From assembly GCA_035404085.1 (NCBI GenBank), contig DAONGL010000001.1, positions 135,878 through 199,877 on the forward strand: a stretch of 64,000 nucleotides of DNA, written 5' to 3'. The translations under genes and the position numbers were made by a program. Each line of letters opens with the position of its first letter. The stretch's first letter is position 1. Below, one piece after another: positions 60,898-64,000 of the stretch. The notes under the pieces were generated by a model. The model was given only the letters and a program-made list of their open reading frames with translations. It was not told where the DNA came from and made no database searches. The DNA is from Methanomassiliicoccales archaeon (GTDB taxonomy: Archaea; Thermoplasmatota; Thermoplasmata; Methanomassiliicoccales; UBA472).

Positions 60898-61809
60898 CTA
60901 GGCGAACCCAAAGCCCAGGTCCTGATACACCAGAATATAGGCAGTCGCGTAACCAATGATCGCAAATCCGTTGAGGAAGGGGAGCCCGGCCTGAGGGCGG
61001 CCTTTGGAGATAAAGAACATCAGGGACAGGAATCCCAAGAGCACCGCAGCCAGGGTCAGCACGCCCACGGTCATAGCCGGGAATGGCCAGTTCGTGGAGC
61101 TTACCGGTGAGAGATTGGCCGCGGCGGAGACGATCAGCACCGAAGGGATGATGGCATCCCCCAACCCCATCATCATCAGCTCTCTATCAGCGTCCTTGCT
61201 ACGGTCGTGCAGGTCCAGTTTCTTGCTTTGCCCGCCGTCCTTGCCGGGAACGATGAGCACTATCGGCAGTCCGAGGTTGCCCACTCCCTCGGCCAAGGTG
61301 AGCATGTGCTTGGTGACGTATACCGACAAAGCGTCATAGACGGCCAGCGTCACCAAGAGAATGAGCGATGGCAGAATGCCTAGCGAGAGGCCGAGGACCA
61401 GTGCCGCGCCTACGCCCAGCACCAGGCCGGCCCCGTTCACCACATACCAGCGGGGGAACTTCAATAAAAGGAGCATCAGGGACCCGGCCAGGATCGCCCC
61501 GAAAGCCAGGGAAGGTATCTCGGCGGACCCGGCCAGCATCGCGAACAACGACCCAATGGAGAAAAGCCCCAATCCCATAGAAATGAAAAGGATGGCCCTC
61601 AAAAGGCCTAACTTGGACCGCTTGATCAAAAGAAGAAGCACCCCGGTCATGGCCAGGACGAGAACGATGTACATTATCGGATTGGTCGGATCGTTCTGGT
61701 CCGAGAAGGCCCGGTATCCCGACGGAACTCCCGGTATCAGCAGAAGCGCCAAGGCGGGAACGGCCAGGAACATGCCCGTCATCACGAGGTATTGCCTGGC
61801 GCTGCGCAT
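60898..61809 (-). CDS. Presenilin / signal-peptide-peptidase family intramembrane aspartyl protease (PSH)
   Basis: Polytopic, with catalytic 'LAVYDALSVY' (YD) and 'MMGLGDAIIPS' (GxGD) motifs in adjacent helices. Confidence 0.82.
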   Translation of the reverse strand: MRSARQYLVMTGMFLAVPALALLLIPGVPSGYRAFSDQNDPTNPIMYIVLVLAMTGVLLLLIKRSKLGLLRAILFISMGLGLFSIGSLFAMLAGSAEIPSLAFGAILAGSLMLLLLKFPRWYVVNGAGLVLGVGAALVLGLSLGILPSLILLVTLAVYDALSVYVTKHMLTLAEGVGNLGLPIVLIVPGKDGGQSKKLDLHDRSKDADRELMMMGLGDAIIPSVLIVSAAANLSPVSSTNWPFPAMTVGVLTLAAVLLGFLSLMFFISKGRPQAGLPFLNGFAIIGYATAYILVYQDLGFGFA

Positions 61810-61869
61810 GCCAAGCCATGCGGTTCCGCTAATAAAACGATTAGGTTAGGGCGATCCCGGGCCGGGCGC

Positions 61870-62493
61870 TCAAGCGGACTCTATGGACACGTTTCCGTAG
61901 GCGACCTTTCCAGTGATCTTGGCCACTTTGACCTTTACCCTGGATCCCTTGACGGTTCCGGGGACATAGATGATGTAGTCGAACATCCGGGCGACCCCGT
62001 CACCCTTCTTTCCGACGTCCTCGATCATCATCTCGTAGATTCCGCCCTCGCGCAATCCTTCCTCGTTGGGCTTCTGGACCTTGCGGACGTTGACCGGCCG
62101 GTGCGCACCGCACGCCTCGCACTCCAGGATGAGTATGCGGTCCTCCTTGTTGATGTGGGTGTCCGGTCTGCCGCATTCCGAGCACAGTACGAAGGTATCG
62201 ACATAGTTCTGGATCTTGTCGGCTATCTGGGTCGGGGTCAGGCGGGTTTTAAATACGACCCGGCGTCCCTCCATGGTGCCTGGAGTACCGAGCTCGCGCA
62301 GCATGTACTGCAGGATCTGCTCTGGCTCCCGGCGCAAGGTGTCCACCACGTCCCCGAAGTTGCGGAACACGGTGGTCTTCCCTTCCTGGAACACATCGGG
62401 CTCGGGGACCACGAAACGCTCGTGCTTCTCTATGGTCTCCGGTAACTGCGTCTTGGCCCGGTCCAGAAGGGAAAGGTAATCGTCATTAGCCAT
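61870..62493 (-). CDS. Translation initiation factor aIF2 beta subunit fused to a C-terminal TRAM domain
   Basis: aIF2-beta core 'VFRNFGDVVDTLRREPEQILQYMLRELGT' plus zinc ribbon 'CSECGRPDTHINKEDRILILECEACGA'. A ~65-aa TRAM-like barrel follows, 'IEDVGKKGDGVARMFDYIIYVPGTVKGSRVKVKVAKI'. Confidence 0.85.
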   Translation of the reverse strand: MANDDYLSLLDRAKTQLPETIEKHERFVVPEPDVFQEGKTTVFRNFGDVVDTLRREPEQILQYMLRELGTPGTMEGRRVVFKTRLTPTQIADKIQNYVDTFVLCSECGRPDTHINKEDRILILECEACGAHRPVNVRKVQKPNEEGLREGGIYEMMIEDVGKKGDGVARMFDYIIYVPGTVKGSRVKVKVAKITGKVAYGNVSIESA

Positions 62494-62531
62494 GTCTATC
62501 GGCCCATCAAGTCCACCATGCCATATAAAGC

Positions 62532-64000
62532 TTATTGGGTCCCGCCGTATTTGCGGGCCACCGCCGCCCTGACCAATCCATAGTGCAGGGGCGACGGTTT
62601 CCTGGGCCGGGACTTGAACTCTGGGTGGAACTGTGAGGCTATGTAGTAATCGTAACCGGTCATCTCCCCGATCTCCATCTTGACGCCGTCAGCGGAACGT
62701 CCGGTGAACTTCCAGCCCCCCTTCTCCAGCTCCTCGATGTGCTTGGGGTTCACTTCGAACCGATGGCGGTGCCTTTCCATGATCAGAGCCTTGCCATAGA
62801 GCTCGAAGGCCTTCGAACCTTCCTCGACCATCACCGGTTGGGCGCCTAGCCTCATCGTCGCTCCCATCTTCTTGACGTTCTTCTGCTCCGGTAAAAGGTC
62901 CACCACCGGGAACGGGGTGTCCGGATCGAACTCTGTGCTGTTGGCCCCTTCCATCCCTAGAACGTTCCTAGCGAACTCGATGGTGGCTATCTGGAATCCC
63001 AGACAAACGCCTAGGAAAGGTATCCGGTTCTCCCGGGCGAACTTGGCGGTGGCGATCTTTCCCTCGATGCCCCGAGTACCGAATCCTCCCGGGATCAGTA
63101 TGCCGTCCGCTCCCAACAGCTCCTCGGTTATGCCGTACTGCTGGACCACCTCAGAATCGACGAAAACGACCTGGACCTTGGTCCCCGCTTCCGCCCCGGC
63201 GTGATGGAAAGATTCCAGATGGGATATGTAGGAATCTGCCAGGTTGGTATACTTGCCGACACAAGCTATTCTTACGGTTCTCTCTTGATCGTTTATGCGG
63301 TTGGCGAAGGCCTTCCACTCCTCAAGCTCCTGGGTCTTCGCCGTCAGGCCGAACCTCTGCATGACGTAGTCGGTTAGGTTCTGCTCCTCCAGCGCCATTG
63401 GCACGTCGTATATGGAACGGGCGTCGGCAGCGGTGACCACGGCCTCGATGGGAACGTCGCAGAACAGGGATATCTTGTGCCTTATGGACTCTTCCAAAGG
63501 CTCCTTGCACCTTGCAACGATTATGTCCGGCTGTATGCCGATGGCCCTCAGTTCCTTGACCGAGTGCTGGGTGGGTTTGGTCTTCTGCTCACCCACGGTA
63601 CCCATTACCGGCACCAGGGTGGTATGTACGAACAGACAGTTCCGTCCCTTGCCCAGGTCCTGGTTCATCTGGCGAACCGCCTCCAGGAATGGCATGGACT
63701 CGATGTCTCCCACGGTACCGCCGAGCTCGACTATGCACACTTCGGCTCCGGTCGCCTCGGCGACGTTCACGATGTGCGCCTTGATCTCATTGGTTATGTG
63801 CGGAATGATCTGCACGGTCTTTCCGAGGTACTCTCCGGTACGCTCCTTCTCTATCACCGATTTGTAGACCTTGCCGGTGGTGATGTTATGGGCGCTGGTG
63901 AGACTTATGTCCAGGAACCTCTCATAGTTGCCTAGATCCAGGTCCACCTCTCCGCCGTCATCTAGGACATAAACCTCGCCGTGCTCGAAGGGGTTCATGG
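62532..64000 (-). CDS. pyrG: CTP synthase, C-terminal ~490 aa (5' end outside window)
   Basis: '[12 protein letters not shown]', '[15 protein letters not shown]', and glutaminase '[11 protein letters not shown]'. The ORF runs off the right edge. Confidence 0.95.
   Translation of the reverse strand, partial: MNPFEHGEVYVLDDGGEVDLDLGNYERFLDISLTSAHNITTGKVYKSVIEKERTGEYLGKTVQIIPHITNEIKAHIVNVAEATGAEVCIVELGGTVGDIESMPFLEAVRQMNQDLGKGRNCLFVHTTLVPVMGTVGEQKTKPTQHSVKELRAIGIQPDIIVARCKEPLEESIRHKISLFCDVPIEAVVTAADARSIYDVPMALEEQNLTDYVMQRFGLTAKTQELEEWKAFANRINDQERTVRIACVGKYTNLADSYISHLESFHHAGAEAGTKVQVVFVDSEVVQQYGITEELLGADGILIPGGFGTRGIEGKIATAKFARENRIPFLGVCLGFQIATIEFARNVLGMEGANSTEFDPDTPFPVVDLLPEQKNVKKMGATMRLGAQPVMVEEGSKAFELYGKALIMERHRHRFEVNPKHIEELEKGGWKFTGRSADGVKMEIGEMTGYDYYIASQFHPEFKSRPRKPSPLHYGLVRAAVARKYGGTQ

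Noticed and set aside
1-64000. Search for CRISPR arrays, tRNA/rRNA genes, IS elements, integrases and att-like direct repeats
   Set aside because: All intergenic gaps except 37433-37704 and 49649-50019 are shorter than ~115 nt. No cloverleaf-like sequence, spaced direct repeats or transposase/integrase motifs were seen. The scan was visual only, so short or degenerate elements could have been missed.
1-64000. Pyrrolysine (TAG) or selenocysteine (TGA) recoding, considered because the gene content looks Methanomassiliicoccales-like
   Set aside because: No gene appears split by an in-frame TAG or TGA. TAG serves as an ordinary stop (for example glpC at 2621-2623 and the zinc-ribbon protein at 10678-10680). 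HdrA and MvhA carry Cys at the positions that are Sec in some methanogens. No methylamine methyltransferase genes are present.

Overview
This is a GC-rich, very gene-dense archaeal chromosomal segment. I call 82 protein-coding genes. I saw no rRNA, tRNA, CRISPR array, integrase or transposase. Gene content and order suggest a Thermoplasmata-type euryarchaeon, plausibly a Methanomassiliicoccales-like H2-dependent methanogen. That placement is inferred from an hdrA-mvhDGA cluster plus the informational-gene order and cannot be verified here. The conserved backbone, all on the minus strand, has three parts: (i) a 24-gene ribosomal-protein block, L3 through L15 with embedded aIF1/SUI1 and an RNase P subunit, followed downstream by secY, a DUF106 insertase-like gene, cmk and cbf5 (21.9-37.4 kb); (ii) the classical archaeal exosome superoperon, pop5-psmA-sdo1-rrp4-rrp41-rrp42-L37ae-rpoP-pcc1-pfdB (42.6-47.8 kb), preceded by ftsZ; (iii) srp19, S8e, aIF2-beta and pyrG at the right end. 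Metabolic genes include a glpABC-like operon, glmU-like plus glmS, a purine-salvage cluster (ade plus two phosphoribosyltransferases), an ABC-2 exporter, tyrS, an NADH-oxidase-like flavoprotein, nnr, and hdrA-mvhD-mvhG-mvhA. The most unusual items are: (1) a Cas4/DUF83-type nuclease with four predicted transmembrane helices inserted into it, next to a TPD/CDIN1-like nuclease and a membrane zinc-ribbon protein (8.1-10.7 kb); (2) a tightly overlapping operon of a RadB-like protein with both Walker motifs degenerate, a 79-aa helical protein and a PolB2-like family-B polymerase with degenerate exonuclease and motif B/C residues, divergent from a beta-CASP nuclease (17.6-21.9 kb); (3) a 1029-aa HdrA with two flavin modules; (4) a KaiC/GvpD-like ATPase pair in which only one of three P-loop domains looks intact; (5) a membrane-anchored C4HC3 (RING-variant/PHD-like) multi-zinc-ribbon protein directly upstream of ftsZ. 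All family assignments come from reading motifs by eye. No database search or structure prediction was possible.
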